Part shown: positions 29,840 to 38,976 of the stretch, piece by piece | Layout: each line of letters opens with the position of its first letter | Position numbering within the stretch: the first letter of the stretch is position 1 | NCBI GenBank assembly: GCA_963745025.1 | Contig: CAVUWD010000005.1 | Location: forward strand, 32,001-96,000 | Length of the DNA: 64,000 nucleotides | Origin: an uncultured delta proteobacterium | Lineage (GTDB): Bacteria; Desulfobacterota; Binatia; JACPRU01 | Direction of reading: 5' to 3' | Made by a program: the position numbers and the translations under genes | The notes under the pieces: model-generated | What the model was told of the DNA's origin: nothing | The model's database searches: none | What the model saw: the letters and a program-made list of their open reading frames with translations, nothing else

Positions 29840-30993
29840 ACGTATTCGTCACCGGCGTCACTGGCTTTCTCGGCAGCCACTTCCTGCATCGGCGGCTCGA
29901 CCGCCCGGGGCTCGCCGCCGTCTTGGTGCGGGCCGACACGGACGAGGCGGCGCGCGCACGTTTACAGCGCTCGCTGGCCGTCGCCGCCGCCGCTCACCCG
30001 CCGAGCGTCGCCGCGACACGCACTCGCGTCGCGGTCGAGCGGGGCGACGTGTCGCGCGAGGATTGCGGTCTCGAGCCGCGGCGCATCGAAGCGCTGCGTC
30101 AGGCGGGCATCGACGAGTTCTGGCATTTCGCCGCCAGCCTGGCGTTCGAGGCCCATCGGCGGGACGAGATCGCCGCGCAGAACGTCGGCGGCGCCCGACA
30201 TGCGCTCGAGCTCGCCGCGAAGCTCGGCGCACGGCGATTCGTCCACGTATCGACCGCCTACGTCGCCGGTCGGCGTACCGGGCTCGTGCCGGAAGCGCTG
30301 CACCCCGCCGACGGCTCGTTCAACAACGTCTACGAGGAGACCAAGTGCCTGGCCGAGCACGCGATCGCCCGCGCGGCGTCGACCCGCGGAATGGACTGCC
30401 GAATTCTGCGCCCGTCGATCGTCGTCGGCTCGTCGCGCACCGGCCGCGCCGGCGGCAGCGAGAGCGGGCTCTACGGCTTCATCCGCCTGCTCGAAGAGCT
30501 GCGCCGCGCCTTGCCGAGCGGCCGCCCGCCGATCCGGCTGCTGGGAGACCCGCGGACGCCGCTCGCCTTCGTCGCCGTCGACCGCGTGGTCGACGACATG
30601 CTCGCCCTGGCAGATCGCGGCTTTCCCGCCGGTCCCGTCCACCATCTGACCCCGCGACGCTCGATCGACGCCGCCACCGCTCTGGCGATCGTCTGCGCCG
30701 AGGTGGGCACCCCGGACGTCCGCATCGAGCCGGCGCGCCGAGGCGAGCGAACGCCGCTCGAGGCGCTGATCGACCAGCGCATGGAGTTCTACGGCGGATA
30801 CCTGCGCGACCCCAAGTTCTTCGAGCGCTCTCCCGTCGCCGACCACGAGGTCGGCGAGGACGATCTGCGTCGCCTCACGCGGGAGTATCTGCGAGAGCTC
30901 GCGACCGCACCGGCTCGGCGAGACCCACGGTGCGCAGCAGTTTCGCGAACCGCGGTTCGGAGCGCAGAGGATCGAGCAGCGGCTCGACTTTGA
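29836..30993 (+). CDS. Extended SDR, thioester / fatty-acyl reductase-like (NAD_binding_4)
   Basis: FVTGVTGFLG, WHFAA, HVSTAYVAG, NNVYEETKCLAE, LRPSIVVG; ATGA coupling. Confidence 0.88.
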   Translation: MNVFVTGVTGFLGSHFLHRRLDRPGLAAVLVRADTDEAARARLQRSLAVAAAAHPPSVAATRTRVAVERGDVSREDCGLEPRRIEALRQAGIDEFWHFAASLAFEAHRRDEIAAQNVGGARHALELAAKLGARRFVHVSTAYVAGRRTGLVPEALHPADGSFNNVYEETKCLAEHAIARAASTRGMDCRILRPSIVVGSSRTGRAGGSESGLYGFIRLLEELRRALPSGRPPIRLLGDPRTPLAFVAVDRVVDDMLALADRGFPAGPVHHLTPRRSIDAATALAIVCAEVGTPDVRIEPARRGERTPLEALIDQRMEFYGGYLRDPKFFERSPVADHEVGEDDLRRLTREYLRELATAPARRDPRCAAVSRTAVRSAEDRAAARL

Positions 30994-32593
30994 GGCGCGT
31001 CAGGAAGCCCGAGCGCTCCTCGCACGCCTGCTCGGCGAGGTCGAGCGCCGCCTCCAGCTCGCCGAGCCCGATGTCGACGGCGCACGCATACGCCGCCGAG
31101 ACCGGACGCTCCTTGGAGAGCGCCTTCAGGCTGCGCAGGACCTTCCGCGCCTCGTTGCGCCTTCCCGCCAGCGCGTGCGCGTAGCCGAGGAGCGCGAGCG
31201 GCGTGAGGTCCGCCGGCGCCAACTGCCGCGCCCGCTCGAGCGCCGCGATCGCCTCGTCGTGCAACGATCTCTGCAGGCAAGCCATGCCGAGGCAGGTATG
31301 CGCCAGCGGAAAGCTCGCATCGAGCTCGAGCGTGCGCCGCAGCCGCTCGATCGCCGCTTCGTACTGGCGCGCCTCGTAGAGCGCGAGCCCGATCTGCGTA
31401 CCGACCAGCACGGACACCGGATCGAGCCGCTCGGCGGCCCGCAGCTCGCGCGTCGCCTCGTCGCGGCGCGCGAGCAGCGAAAGGAACACGCCATACCACT
31501 GGTGGGCGATCACGCAGTTCGGCCCGAGCTCGACCGCGCGCCCGAATTCTCGCTCGGCGTTTTTCCAGTCCCAGTCGTAGAGGTAGCTGACTTCCGCCAG
31601 CAGGGCGTGGGCCTCGGGCAGCGACTCGTCGAGCTCGATCGCCTTCTGCGCGGCCGCCCTGGCCTTCGGGTAGACGGCCTTCGGCGGCTCGGCCCCGTAG
31701 TAGGCGAGGAGGTTGTAGTAGTCGGCGAGACCGGTGTGGGGCAGCGCGGATCTCGGGTCGAGAGCCGCCGCGCGCTCGAAGCTGGAAAACGCCCGGCCGA
31801 ACGCCTCCGGCGTCCGCTTGTTCAGCCAGAACCGACCGTACAGGTAGGCCTCGTAGGCCTCCGCGTTCGTCTCACGCCGGCCCCGCGGAGCGACGTGCGG
31901 CGCGAGCGCGACGCGGACCTTCTGTGCGATCGTCGCCGCGACCTCGTGCTGCAGGGCGAGCAGGTCGCCGAGATCGCGATCGTACGTCTCGGCCCACAGC
32001 TCGCTCTGATCCTTCACCTTGATCAGGTGAGCCGTCACCCGCACGTGGCGGTTCCCGCGCCGAGCGCTGCCGCCGACCAGGTAGTCGACGCCGAGCTCGC
32101 GGCCGATCTCGTCGGCGCGCTTCTTTGTTCCCTTGTATGCCATGGCGGACTGGCGGGCGATCACCCCGAGGCGCTCGGGATTCAGCCGGCCGAGCTCGAC
32201 GATCATCTCTTCGGTGATACCGTCGCTCAGGTACTCGTGCGCCGGCTCGCGGCTCCAGTTCTCGATCGGCAGCACGGCGATCATGATGCGCCGCTGCTCC
32301 GCGGCGCGCTCGAGATCGGAGCGCCGCGCCTTCCACCACGCGTCGAGCTCGGAGCGATAGGCGTACACCGAGCCGAGCCGCTGATGGAGATGGCGGTGAA
32401 CGGGCAGGCCCTCGCTCTTCTCCCAGCGCTGGACGGTACGGACCTCTCGGCGAAGCTGAGCGGCGATCTCCTTCCAGGAGTCGAGGCGGTCCGCGTCCGG
32501 GGAACCGGGCGATGGCGGGGCGCCGTCGTTTGCCGTCCTTCGGTCTGCACCGCCCACCGGGGCATCATCGCAAACAGGATCCGCCGCGGTCAA
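30875..32593 (-). CDS. Putative regulator: N-terminal HTH, TolB-N/adenylate-cyclase-associated domain, TPR repeats
   Basis: RLDSWKEIAAQLRREVRTVQRWEKSEGLPVHR; IAVLPIEN...DGITEEMI; EAYEAYLYG; multiple TPRs; DPLRSEPRF; start uncertain. Confidence 0.88.
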   Translation of the reverse strand: MTAADPVCDDAPVGGADRRTANDGAPPSPGSPDADRLDSWKEIAAQLRREVRTVQRWEKSEGLPVHRHLHQRLGSVYAYRSELDAWWKARRSDLERAAEQRRIMIAVLPIENWSREPAHEYLSDGITEEMIVELGRLNPERLGVIARQSAMAYKGTKKRADEIGRELGVDYLVGGSARRGNRHVRVTAHLIKVKDQSELWAETYDRDLGDLLALQHEVAATIAQKVRVALAPHVAPRGRRETNAEAYEAYLYGRFWLNKRTPEAFGRAFSSFERAAALDPRSALPHTGLADYYNLLAYYGAEPPKAVYPKARAAAQKAIELDESLPEAHALLAEVSYLYDWDWKNAEREFGRAVELGPNCVIAHQWYGVFLSLLARRDEATRELRAAERLDPVSVLVGTQIGLALYEARQYEAAIERLRRTLELDASFPLAHTCLGMACLQRSLHDEAIAALERARQLAPADLTPLALLGYAHALAGRRNEARKVLRSLKALSKERPVSAAYACAVDIGLGELEAALDLAEQACEERSGFLTRLKVEPLLDPLRSEPRFAKLLRTVGLAEPVRSRALADTPA

Positions 32594-32745
32594 AGCGGCC
32601 GAGCCTGCTTGTGGCTGCCGTGGCCGCGCCTGCTATGCCCGCGCTGCGCGTCCGTCCGGGGCCCGGCGTGACAGCGAGGCGGCTTCGGGGGTATGCAGCG
32701 CACAGGCCGTCTGGAGGGCGGCCGCCGCTCGCCTTCGACGCGACC

Positions 32746-33693
32746 GTGAAGAGGATCCGCTTCCGCAAGCTCAGCCGGCGTTACCTGGACCTCGAATTCG
32801 CCACCGAGGGCGACGTCGCGGTACGGATCGTGGAGCGGCCGGGACGATGGATGGCGGCGGACGAGGTCGCCAAGATGGTGGAAGAGCTGCGCTCGGTCAT
32901 CGCGCGGGCGCTCGGCGGCCGAGCCTTGGACTACGGCGTCTTCACCGGCGAGAAACAAACGCTCGATCGAGCGGTCGTCACCCTGCTCTGCGAGCGTGCG
33001 ACCGGCAAGCCGATCGCCTTCAACGCGCTGTCGCTCCTCAGCCTGCCGCTGCGCGGACGCAGTGTGGACGTGGTCCATCTCGGGCTGGCGATGGTCGATC
33101 CGGCGCACCGCGGCCGCAGGCTCTCGGCGGTTCTCTACGGGGTCACCTGCATGCTACTGTTCTTCCGCAACCAGCTGCGGCCGATGTGGGTGACCAGCGT
33201 TTCGCAGGTGCCGTCGGTCGTCGGCATGGTGACGGAGACCTTCAGCAACGTCTTCCCGTCCCCCGACCCGCGCAAGCGTCGCTCCTACGACCACTTGATG
33301 ATCGCCCGCGAGATCATGAGGTCGCATCGCGCGGTGTTCGGCGTGAGCGAGCACGCCGGGTTCGACGAGCAGCGGTTCGTCATCACCGACGCCTACACCG
33401 GCGGTTCCGACAACCTGAGGAAGTCGCTCGCCGAAGCGCAGCCGCACCGCATCGACGCCTACAACCAGATGTGCGCGCGCCAGCTCGACTATGCGGTCGG
33501 CGACGATTTCCTGCAGGTCGGACAGATCGACCTGCAGACCGCGCGAAACTTCCTGCTGCGCGACGTCCCGCGCGCCTGGCTGCGGTCGCTCGTCTATCCG
33601 CTGATCTTCCTGCTGGTCGGCCACTCGCTCCTCCCGGTGCTGCACTGGCTGAGCCCGGGGCGCTCGATGGGGGATCTCAGACCACGCACGTGA
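32746..33693 (+). CDS. Hypothetical protein, probable GNAT-like fold
   Basis: VVHLGLAMVDPAHRGRRLSAVLY resembles GNAT motif A; start uncertain (32635 or 32746). Confidence 0.7.
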   Translation: MKRIRFRKLSRRYLDLEFATEGDVAVRIVERPGRWMAADEVAKMVEELRSVIARALGGRALDYGVFTGEKQTLDRAVVTLLCERATGKPIAFNALSLLSLPLRGRSVDVVHLGLAMVDPAHRGRRLSAVLYGVTCMLLFFRNQLRPMWVTSVSQVPSVVGMVTETFSNVFPSPDPRKRRSYDHLMIAREIMRSHRAVFGVSEHAGFDEQRFVITDAYTGGSDNLRKSLAEAQPHRIDAYNQMCARQLDYAVGDDFLQVGQIDLQTARNFLLRDVPRAWLRSLVYPLIFLLVGHSLLPVLHWLSPGRSMGDLRPRT

Positions 33694-33737
33694 CGACGCC
33701 GGCGAGTGCCCGCGTCCCGTTCGGAAGGAGTCCGTCG

Positions 33738-34979
33738 ATGCTCTCGAACCTCTCGGGCCGCGACATCACCGACATCTTCGTCACGTGGGCGGCTGCGTTC
33801 GGCGTGCTCGCCTACGCGACGCACCTCGGCCGCGGCCGCACGCGCAGCACGCTCGAGAGCCGAACCCTCTTTCTTCTCTACTGTGCCGGAGCACTGTTTC
33901 TGGTGCGCGGATTCTACTGGCTGAACGACGAGAAGCCGCTGCTCGGGATGCTGACCTTCGCGCCGGTGACGCTCTTTCCGCTGGCCTCGACGCTGTTCGT
34001 CGAAGCGTTGTTGCGCAGGCACCTGCACATCCTCCTCAAGCTCTACATCGCCGTCGGAACGATCGCGTTTCTCTACGCGGACCTTTTCGCTCGGCTGGTG
34101 TCCCGAACGGACTTGCTGCTCGGGCTGCTGCTCTTCCAGGTTTCGACGCTCGCCGCCCTGACCGTTCAAGTGGTGATGCGCGATCGGCGGCAACTCTCCG
34201 CCGCGGAAAATCGCTTCATCGACGTGATCGCGGCCGCGTCGGTGGCGCTGATTCCGTTGACCGTCACGGACTACCGCAAGGTCTTCACCTGGATCTCCGT
34301 GCCGCGCATGGGCGGGATCGCCGGGCTGCTGTTCATCTACGCGCTGATGAAGCCGGGCGGCGACACGCGGCCGATACGGGCCGTGGGACTCGAAGGTCTC
34401 GGCTTGGTGGCGCGCGGCATGATCGTCGCCATCGTGCTGATCCTCGCCCTGGGCAGGGCGGACGGCGCATCCTTCGCCGACGCGCTGGCCATCGCCTTGG
34501 CCGCGATCTTGACGACGATCGTGCTCGAGCGGCTGAGAGCTCTGCAGCTCGAAAGCCGCGAGGCCTCGTTCCTCCACTGGTTGCTGCGAGCCGACACCCG
34601 CTCGTTCGAGGGCCTGATCGGCTCTCTGCGCGACCTTCCGCTCACCGAAGAGCACGTCACGCTGAAGGGAGCCGACTTGGAGGATTACGACAGCGCGGCG
34701 ATCTCGCGGATGTTCGCCGAGGGCAGCGCGGTGCTGAGCCTGTCGTCGCTGCGACACGAGATCGCCGTGCGCGGCGAAACGGCCGCGGAAGCCATGGAGG
34801 AGCTGGTCGACATTCTCGAGAAATACGACATGACGCACGTCGCGCTGCTGTGTCGCCAGCCGCCGACGCTTCTGCTGCTCAATCTCCCGCTGGTCGGCAC
34901 GCAGCTACACGAGACGCAGATGCTTCTGATCCAGAAGCAATTTCGGCTGCTGGAGCGAGATGCGGCGGCGGTCGCGTGA
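33738..34979 (+). CDS. Hypothetical polytopic membrane protein with soluble C-terminal domain
   Basis: AAGGAG RBS; about 9 hydrophobic segments then ~140 aa soluble tail. Confidence 0.8.
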   Translation: MLSNLSGRDITDIFVTWAAAFGVLAYATHLGRGRTRSTLESRTLFLLYCAGALFLVRGFYWLNDEKPLLGMLTFAPVTLFPLASTLFVEALLRRHLHILLKLYIAVGTIAFLYADLFARLVSRTDLLLGLLLFQVSTLAALTVQVVMRDRRQLSAAENRFIDVIAAASVALIPLTVTDYRKVFTWISVPRMGGIAGLLFIYALMKPGGDTRPIRAVGLEGLGLVARGMIVAIVLILALGRADGASFADALAIALAAILTTIVLERLRALQLESREASFLHWLLRADTRSFEGLIGSLRDLPLTEEHVTLKGADLEDYDSAAISRMFAEGSAVLSLSSLRHEIAVRGETAAEAMEELVDILEKYDMTHVALLCRQPPTLLLLNLPLVGTQLHETQMLLIQKQFRLLERDAAAVA

Positions 34980-34981
34980 GG

Positions 34982-35018
34982 GCGAGCCGAGGCGCGGCTC
35001 CTCGGCTCGCGGGCTTTC
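34982..35018 (+). terminator. Hairpin after the membrane protein gene, possible terminator
   Basis: GCGAGCCGAGG / CCTCGGCTCGC 11 bp stem; only a short T run. Confidence 0.4.
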
Positions 35019-35114
35019 AGTCGCCCTCGAACGTGATCCGCTTTGGGCGAGAGCTCGAAATGCGCGTTGTAGGGCGTCTCGATGATCATAGGCGGTTCCT
35101 CGTGGCCGCGCCGG

Positions 35115-35645
35115 TCAGCTCCCGCAGCCGCTCACGCTCGTCTCGACGCGGCCCAGCAGCTGACACGAGACCTCCTGCAGCGGCTGAGTGAGGCGCACTT
35201 CGCCCCAAAAGACCTCAAAGACCGTGCCTTCGGGGCAGCGGTCGGCGTTTGGCACCAGGAAATGCGTGGTAGATGCGGGCGCGGACCTGGCGGCGGGCTC
35301 GATGGAGGGCTGGCGCTCGCCGCGGCAGATCCGCAGGTCGAAGCGGATGTGCTCCCCTGGAGGATAGAAGAGCGCGTTGTTCAGGTTCGAAGGGTCGAGC
35401 GTCTCGACTTCGAGCTCGCTGCCCGCCGCGTCGAACAAGTGAAAGGCGACGAACGACAGGCAGGTCCCTCCGGGAACATCCTCTCCCGTGTACACTTCCG
35501 CCTGGATCGTGCAGCCCGCGGCGTCCGCAACCAGCGCCTCGGAAACGGTCCTCGGTCCGCCACCGCCGCCGCCACAGCCCTGCAGCAACAGCGGGATCGC
35601 GAGCGCCGCGCATCCAGCCCAACTCGATGATCTCTTTCCCGTCAT
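35115..35645 (-). CDS. Hypothetical Cys-rich lipoprotein
   Basis: GGAGGAG RBS; lipobox LQGC followed by poly-Gly; 6 further Cys. Confidence 0.72.
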   Translation of the reverse strand: MTGKRSSSWAGCAALAIPLLLQGCGGGGGGPRTVSEALVADAAGCTIQAEVYTGEDVPGGTCLSFVAFHLFDAAGSELEVETLDPSNLNNALFYPPGEHIRFDLRICRGERQPSIEPAARSAPASTTHFLVPNADRCPEGTVFEVFWGEVRLTQPLQEVSCQLLGRVETSVSGCGS

Positions 35646-35690
35646 GGCTCTCCTCCCTGAGGCTTTCGCCTCTCGCCTTCGTCGGGCGGA

Positions 35691-35760
35691 ACTCTGGAGC
35701 CAGAGCGGCGGCGGGAAAAGCGACAAGGCACGGCAGAGCGCGGATGTCGCCGTTTGTCGC
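35691..35760 (-). promoter_or_regulatory. Putative operator plus promoter of the lipoprotein gene
   Basis: Minus strand GCGACA-N4-GCGACA-N19-TGTCGC then TTTTCC-N17-CAGAGT. Confidence 0.6.
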
Positions 35761-35934
35761 CTCGACCGCGGGTGGGGTGGGAAGCAGGTCGTCGGGGTCA
35801 GCCGACGGAAGGCCCGGGCGGCATGCCGCCCGCCGGGCACCGGCCGCCCAGGGGCATGGCGGCTACGAAGCCCGGAAAGTAATCGGCGTGGGCTGACGCC
35901 GCACGGCGTGCCCCGCACGTGAACCGCGGGCGCC

Positions 35935-36213
35935 GGCTGCTCAGCAGACTCCCGAAGCCTGCTCTCGAGCGGCTCGGAGTGGCGGGTATCCTGGATTACG
36001 TGCTCGACGGTGCGGAGTCGCCCGAATTCTGGATCCGCATCGTGCACCACGACGTGCGCAGTGGACGGTTGCCGCTGCTGAAGCGCGGACCGTGAAAAAA
36101 CGGCTGCCGGCTACCGCAAGAGACTCAAGAAGTCTTTGCCGGTAGCCGGTAGCCGCGATTGCTTTCACTGCCCTCTGCGCCCGAAGTGCAGGTAGAACGA
36201 GAGCGCGAAGTAG
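35935..36213 (+). repeat. Right copy of ~280 bp direct repeat
   Basis: Near-identical to 26134-26419; holds an orphan 3' stub of the hydrolase gene and the real 3' end of pcs. Confidence 0.95.
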
Positions 36214-36872
36214 TAGAGCGGAAACGCGAGCGAGCCGTAGACGAGAGCGGGGGAGGGCTCGGGTAGGCGAGCGAGCGCGACCATCAATGCCACGCCCCAG
36301 GCGAGTCCGAGCGCGATCGTCAGCGGCCGCAGAAACGGCTGGCGCGTCGGGTAGACGTAGCCGATCGGCACGAAGACCAGGAGCGACAGCAGGGCGAGGG
36401 CAACGGCGTTCGCACTCGGCGGAGCGCCGAGCGCGTACATGTAGAAGACCGTGATGTTCCAGTACGACGGAAAGCCCGTGAAGAAGAAGTCGGCGGTCTT
36501 GGCCGCGCTCTGGCAGAAGCCGTAGGCGCTGGCGAGGAGTGGCAAGGCGGCGATCGCCACCGCCCAACGGTCGGGCAGGAGCTTCATCTCGACGGCGAAG
36601 AAGATCGGCACCAGGACGTAGTTCAGGTAGTCGACGATGTCGTCGAGCTTGCTGCCGTCGTAGCTCGGCACGACCTCTTTGACCCGTGCGGCGCGCGCTA
36701 GCGTGCCGTCGGACGAGTCGATGGCGAGCGCTGCCGCCATCCACAGAAACGCCGCCCGGGCGTCGCCGCGAACCATGGCGACGAGAGCCTCGAGCGCGAT
36801 CACCGCGCCGAGGGCCGTGTAGAGATGCACGGACCACGCGAGGGTGCGCGAAGCCGCCGAGGAGCCGTTCAT
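36165..36872 (-). CDS. pcs: Phosphatidylcholine synthase (CDP-alcohol phosphatidyltransferase)
   Basis: AWSVHLYTALG, IDSSDGTLAR...VKEVVPSYDGSKLDDIVDYLNYV, FFTGFPSYWN. Confidence 0.85.
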   Translation of the reverse strand: MNGSSAASRTLAWSVHLYTALGAVIALEALVAMVRGDARAAFLWMAAALAIDSSDGTLARAARVKEVVPSYDGSKLDDIVDYLNYVLVPIFFAVEMKLLPDRWAVAIAALPLLASAYGFCQSAAKTADFFFTGFPSYWNITVFYMYALGAPPSANAVALALLSLLVFVPIGYVYPTRQPFLRPLTIALGLAWGVALMVALARLPEPSPALVYGSLAFPLYYFALSFYLHFGRRGQ

Positions 36873-38110
36873 TCCCGCAACGCGTTCGGCTCGAAGAGCA
36901 CCTGGACGACGTTGCCGTCCGGATCTTCGAGGTAGAGCGAGCAGCTGCCGTCGCGATGGCGACGCGGCGGCCGGACGACCGCGATCCCGCGGCGCGACAG
37001 CGCGCGGGCGATCGCGAAGACGTGCTCGGCGCTGTCGACGAAGAACCCGAGGTGATCGAGCGGCGATCCCTGCGCGGCACGCGGCTCGCGCGCGCGATGC
37101 AGGGCCAAATTGTCGCGGCCGCTCGACAGGTAGACGTTGTCGGCATCCGGCTGCCAGACGACGCGCATGCCGAACACGTCCTGGTAGAAGCGGACGGTCT
37201 CCTCGAGCTTCGAGACGTTGAGCGCCAGATGCGCAAGGCCGCGGGTCGCGATCGGCAGCTCCTTCTCCGTGAACTCGAGGATCGCCGCGGCGACCGCCTC
37301 GGGCGACTCCATCGGGAACATGTGCGTCGTGGCGGGAAGCGTGCGCCGCTCGCCGTGGACGAGGCGGCCGACGGCGGCCTCCGCGTCGCTTTCGGAAAAT
37401 GCGTCGCTCTCCGCGCCGCGCAGGACCAGACCCGGCACCGTGAGTCGCTCGAGGGCTCCCCAGCCGTCGAAGCCCGGCTCGGGGGCCATGCGGAAGACGC
37501 GGGCCTCGATCGTCGGCGGACATTTCAGGCGCACGCCGCCGTCGTCGGCGGCGAGGCCGTGATCCACGTAGAGGCGAAGCACGTCGTCGCGCCACTTCAC
37601 GAACGGACCGCGCCCGCGGTAGCTCTCGAAGACCTCGTCGTGGCTCCCCCACACCTCACGGCGCTTGAGTGCGCCGTTCGCCATTGGGTTGTCGCCGATC
37701 GATAAGTTGCGAAACTCGCGCGGAAACAGGATCGGATCGAGCAGTGCAACCGCGCGGAATAGGTCGGGCCGATCGGCTGCCGCTCCGGCCGTCGTCGTGC
37801 CGCCGAGCGAGTGGCCGACACCGAGCACCCGACCGAGCCCGAGCGCTTCGACGAACGCGACGAGATCGGCGATGAAGGTCTCCCAGCGATAGCCGTCGGG
37901 CGGCTTCTCGCTGTCGCCGTGTCCCCGGGCGTCGAGCGCGAATACGCGATAGCGGGTCGACAGCGCCTCGGCGATCGGCGTCCACACCCATGCGTGAAAA
38001 CCGGTCGCGTGGTGGAGAACCGCCGGCGGTCCACTTCCCCCGTAGTCGAGATAGTGGAGGCGGACGCCGTTCACGGAGACGAAGCCGCTAGCCGGAGTTG
38101 GGCGAGCCAT
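36869..38110 (-). CDS. Alpha/beta hydrolase fused to C-terminal VOC/glyoxalase domain
   Basis: LDARGHGDS, GHSLGG, THMFPME, then GLAHLALNV, FYQDVFGM, LDHLGF, LYLEDPDGNVVQV. Confidence 0.88.
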   Translation of the reverse strand: MARPTPASGFVSVNGVRLHYLDYGGSGPPAVLHHATGFHAWVWTPIAEALSTRYRVFALDARGHGDSEKPPDGYRWETFIADLVAFVEALGLGRVLGVGHSLGGTTTAGAAADRPDLFRAVALLDPILFPREFRNLSIGDNPMANGALKRREVWGSHDEVFESYRGRGPFVKWRDDVLRLYVDHGLAADDGGVRLKCPPTIEARVFRMAPEPGFDGWGALERLTVPGLVLRGAESDAFSESDAEAAVGRLVHGERRTLPATTHMFPMESPEAVAAAILEFTEKELPIATRGLAHLALNVSKLEETVRFYQDVFGMRVVWQPDADNVYLSSGRDNLALHRAREPRAAQGSPLDHLGFFVDSAEHVFAIARALSRRGIAVVRPPRRHRDGSCSLYLEDPDGNVVQVLFEPNALRE

Positions 38111-38196
38111 GAGCGCCGCTCCTGTTTAGCCGCGGCTCCGGGGCGAGGCAATCACGGGTTGAGCTGGTCGTTGCGGGCTGGTAGCAGGTTCCCCTC

Positions 38197-38976
38197 GTGA
38201 CGACTCTCGAGGACATCTTCGGGCTCCGCGGGCATCGCGCCGTCGTCACCGGGGCGTCGAGCGGCCTCGGCGTGGATCTCGCCGAAGCGCTTGCGATCGC
38301 CGGCTGCGACGTAGCGCTGGTGGCCCGCCGTGCGGATCGCCTCGGCGAGGTCGCTCGCCGCCTCGAGCCGCACGGCATTCGCGCGATTTCGGTGCCGGGC
38401 GATCTCGCCGATCTGGCATCGATCCCGGCGATCTTCGAGCGCTGCGAGCAGGCGCTCGGGTCGATCGACATTCTCGTCAACAATGCGGGCCTGCTCGATT
38501 CGATGCGCGCGGAGAAGACCACCGTGGAGCGTTGGTCCCGCATGCTCGACGTGAACCTCAGCGCAGCCTTCCTGCTCTGCCAGGAATTCGCCAAGCATCG
38601 CTTCGCACGAAGCGAGCCGGGGCGCATCGTCAACGTCGGCTCGATCTTCGGAGCGGTGGCCAGCTCGACTCCCGGCCTCGCGCCGTACGCGGCGACGAAG
38701 GGCGCGATCACCATGCTCACCCGCCAGTTGGCGATCGAATGGGCAAGCCGGGGCATCACCGTCAACGCACTGGCTCCGGGTTTTTTCCCGACCGAGCTGA
38801 ACGTCAAGGATTTCGAGAGACCGGGTGTGCGCGAGCGCGCCGAGGCGTTCATCCCGCTCGGTCGGCTCGGTCGCCCGGGTGAGCTCGCCGCCGCGCTCCT
38901 CTTCCTGGTGTCGCCGACGGCGAGCTACGTGACCGGCTCGACCGTGTTCGTCGACGGCGGATACACGGCCTGGTGA
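38197..38976 (+). CDS. Classical SDR oxidoreductase
   Basis: VTGASSGLG, LVNNAG, YAATKG, NALAPGFFPT, VDGGYTA. Confidence 0.93.
   Translation: MTTLEDIFGLRGHRAVVTGASSGLGVDLAEALAIAGCDVALVARRADRLGEVARRLEPHGIRAISVPGDLADLASIPAIFERCEQALGSIDILVNNAGLLDSMRAEKTTVERWSRMLDVNLSAAFLLCQEFAKHRFARSEPGRIVNVGSIFGAVASSTPGLAPYAATKGAITMLTRQLAIEWASRGITVNALAPGFFPTELNVKDFERPGVRERAEAFIPLGRLGRPGELAAALLFLVSPTASYVTGSTVFVDGGYTAW

Larger units (their letters stand above)
26420..35934. mobile_element. Putative genomic island (~9.5 kb) bounded by the direct repeat; no recombinase seen
   Basis: Bracketed by repeats 26134-26419 and 35935-36213; accessory content; gene scraps at both edges. Confidence 0.65.

Noticed and set aside
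32590-32745. Fourth copy of the island operator upstream of the GNAT-like gene
   Set aside because: Only TGTGGC/CGTGGC-like words with wrong spacing
26420-35934. Prophage, ICE or defence island
   Set aside because: No phage, conjugation, integrase or recognisable defence genes
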